Virus record (IMG/VR): IMGVR_UViG_3300033148_002673
Span: 1 to 47,111 of that record
DNA length: 47,111 nt
Direction: 5' to 3' (one strand)
From: a virus
Taxonomy: Duplodnaviria; Caudoviricetes
This document shows, one piece after another, positions 45,989 through 47,111 of the stretch. The position numbers were made by a program, and so were the translations under genes. Under the pieces are notes generated by a model that worked only from the letters and a program-made list of their open reading frames with translations, did not search any database and was not told the DNA's origin. Within the stretch, counting starts at the first letter, position 1, and every line of letters begins with the position of its first letter.

Positions 45989-46296
45989 CAGCACTTACTC
46001 CACACGGCGGCATTAGCCATATGAGCTTTAGGGTTGGTGACCTGACCCCATGCAATCTGTTTTATCAGCCCTAAACGTACCGCTGCTTGCATAATTCCAC
46101 CCCATGCGCGTTCATGTGGGGGTCTGGATAATCCACGGTCATAGGCGAATTTACGGATGTCTTCAGCCATAAACTGCTTTCTGCGAATCTTCTTCACAAA
46201 TGATAGGGCCTCTTTAGCCCATCCAGGGTGATTAAATTCGGCATTATCGGCAGCTTGGTTGATGCCTTTCTGCTTTAGTTGTTGTCCGTTATTCAT
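45988..46296 (-). CDS. Hypothetical protein
   Basis: 102 aa; F.AEDIR...P.H.RAWG motif. Confidence 0.75.
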   Translation of the reverse strand: MNNGQQLKQKGINQAADNAEFNHPGWAKEALSFVKKIRRKQFMAEDIRKFAYDRGLSRPPHERAWGGIMQAAVRLGLIKQIAWGQVTNPKAHMANAAVWSKC

Positions 46297-46299
46297 TGC

Positions 46300-46521
46300 T
46301 TATTTCTCCAATCCCATTGATTTGCGCATGTCGTGCTGCGCCTTTAAATATCCCTGCTCATAACCAATATTTGCGAAAATAACATGAATTTCATTATTTC
46401 CTTCATCATCAGACCTAAGTTCAGGCCAAAGCAATCCTGAATTAAATCCGCATCCATTGCCCGGGCCATTAACATAAAATTTACCATCGCCGCCACTTCT
46501 GCTCTCGTAAGGCTCGCTCGT
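46300..46521 (-). CDS. Hypothetical protein with ACG start (or start-mutated gene)
   Basis: GAGGAG 6 nt before ACG; 73-codon frame fills the gap to the next gene. Confidence 0.5.
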   Translation of the reverse strand, partial: TSEPYESRSGGDGKFYVNGPGNGCGFNSGLLWPELRSDDEGNNEIHVIFANIGYEQGYLKAQHDMRKSMGLEK

Positions 46522-46590
46522 CGTCTACTCCTCTTCTGTTTAATATTTTGCTTTAGGACGGTCAGGTGCCAACATTTGCACAATGGGCAT

Positions 46591-46770
46591 TCATACCCCA
46601 GCCAACCTCTCAATCGCTTCAATATGCCTATCAAGCGCCCTTGATTCTGGCCCAGGACAACCCAAATCATCCCGGCAATCACGAAGATAGGTCAGTATCT
46701 CTTCCTTCATCTCGGATTTTGCTTCGGCGATTTTTTCTGCTAATTCATCGTCAGATAAAATATTGTTCAT
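46591..46770 (-). CDS. Small hypothetical protein
   Basis: 59 aa MNNILSDDELAEKIAEAK...; ATGA overlap with the upstream gene. Confidence 0.6.
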   Translation of the reverse strand: MNNILSDDELAEKIAEAKSEMKEEILTYLRDCRDDLGCPGPESRALDRHIEAIERLAGV

Positions 46771-47036
46771 TTCCGCTCTCCATCGGCTATTATTTTTAAT
46801 AATTTAAAAACGCCGCGCCCACTTTTCTTGGTGACTCGGCTTGTGAATTTTCCAGTGGACGGCCAAAAGTCGAACTTCTCTCGCTCGGCCTTGATAATTA
46901 TATGCACTCCGCCGTTTTTCGACTCAAAGAGTATTCCTCGATCTTCGAGAATTTTGGTGGACTGCTCAAGATTACGGCGCTTTCGCTCTTGGCTCTCTTC
47001 TTTCCACCCTTCAAATGATTCACCAACATCACCCAT
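46767..47036 (-). CDS. Hypothetical phage protein
   Basis: 89 aa; N.G.H.II....FDFWPSTGK......GRGV motif; GGAG RBS. Confidence 0.8.
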   Translation of the reverse strand: MGDVGESFEGWKEESQERKRRNLEQSTKILEDRGILFESKNGGVHIIIKAEREKFDFWPSTGKFTSRVTKKSGRGVFKLLKIIADGERK

Positions 47037-47060
47037 ATTAATTCTCCATCGTTAATAATT

Positions 47061-47111
47061 ATCTAACAGGTCGCTAAATAGACCGCTGATTGCGGCTGTT
47101 TAGCTTGGCTG
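47061..47111 (-). repeat. attC-like site truncated by the window end
   Basis: Plus strand ATCTAAC-AG..GCTAAATAG-A-CCGC-TGATT-GCGG-CTGTTTAGC..CTG; partner GTT box cut off after its G. Confidence 0.55.

Noticed and set aside
46344-46682. ORF-track 112-aa minus-strand ORF
   Set aside because: No RBS; better explained by the frames 46591..46770 and 46300..46521.
1-47111. CRISPR array, integrase/att site, CI repressor, terminal direct repeat
   Set aside because: No regularly spaced repeats, recombinase motifs or CI-like ORF recognised; the two ends do not overlap.

Overview
This window holds most or all of a ~47 kb tailed-phage genome with podovirus-type (BPP-1/T7-like) morphogenesis genes, probably infecting a proteobacterium (CsrA homolog, sigma70 promoters). 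Layout: leftward early genes at both ends (1-2058 and 42483-47036, including two DNA methyltransferases, an HD hydrolase, DUF1367 and a Ref-like nuclease); a Cro-like gene and a ~800-nt structured non-coding region (2347-3160); rightward early/middle genes (Rad52/Sak-like annealing protein, CsrA, NinX); lysis genes; TerS/TerL, portal, scaffold, capsid, tail, ejection proteins (one a 1982-aa polyvalent protein) and a beta-helix tailspike. I recognised no integrase, CI repressor, DNA polymerase, primase or helicase. Most notable is an island between scaffold and capsid carrying rtcB and three tRNAs (Pro-UGG, Leu-UAA, Leu-UAG), each unit with its own near-identical promoter. The tRNAs sit behind a complete 1:2/2:3/3:4 attenuator whose leaderless 19-codon peptide contains the codons CCA, CTA and TTA read by those tRNAs; rtcB sits behind a Met-Thr-stop mini-ORF switch. 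This suggests a phage translation-damage sensing and rescue module. Also seen: integron attC-like sites between early genes, an ATT-start csrA missed by the ORF track, and an internally duplicated tail adaptor. All calls come from reading motifs and base-pairing by eye; no database searches were run.
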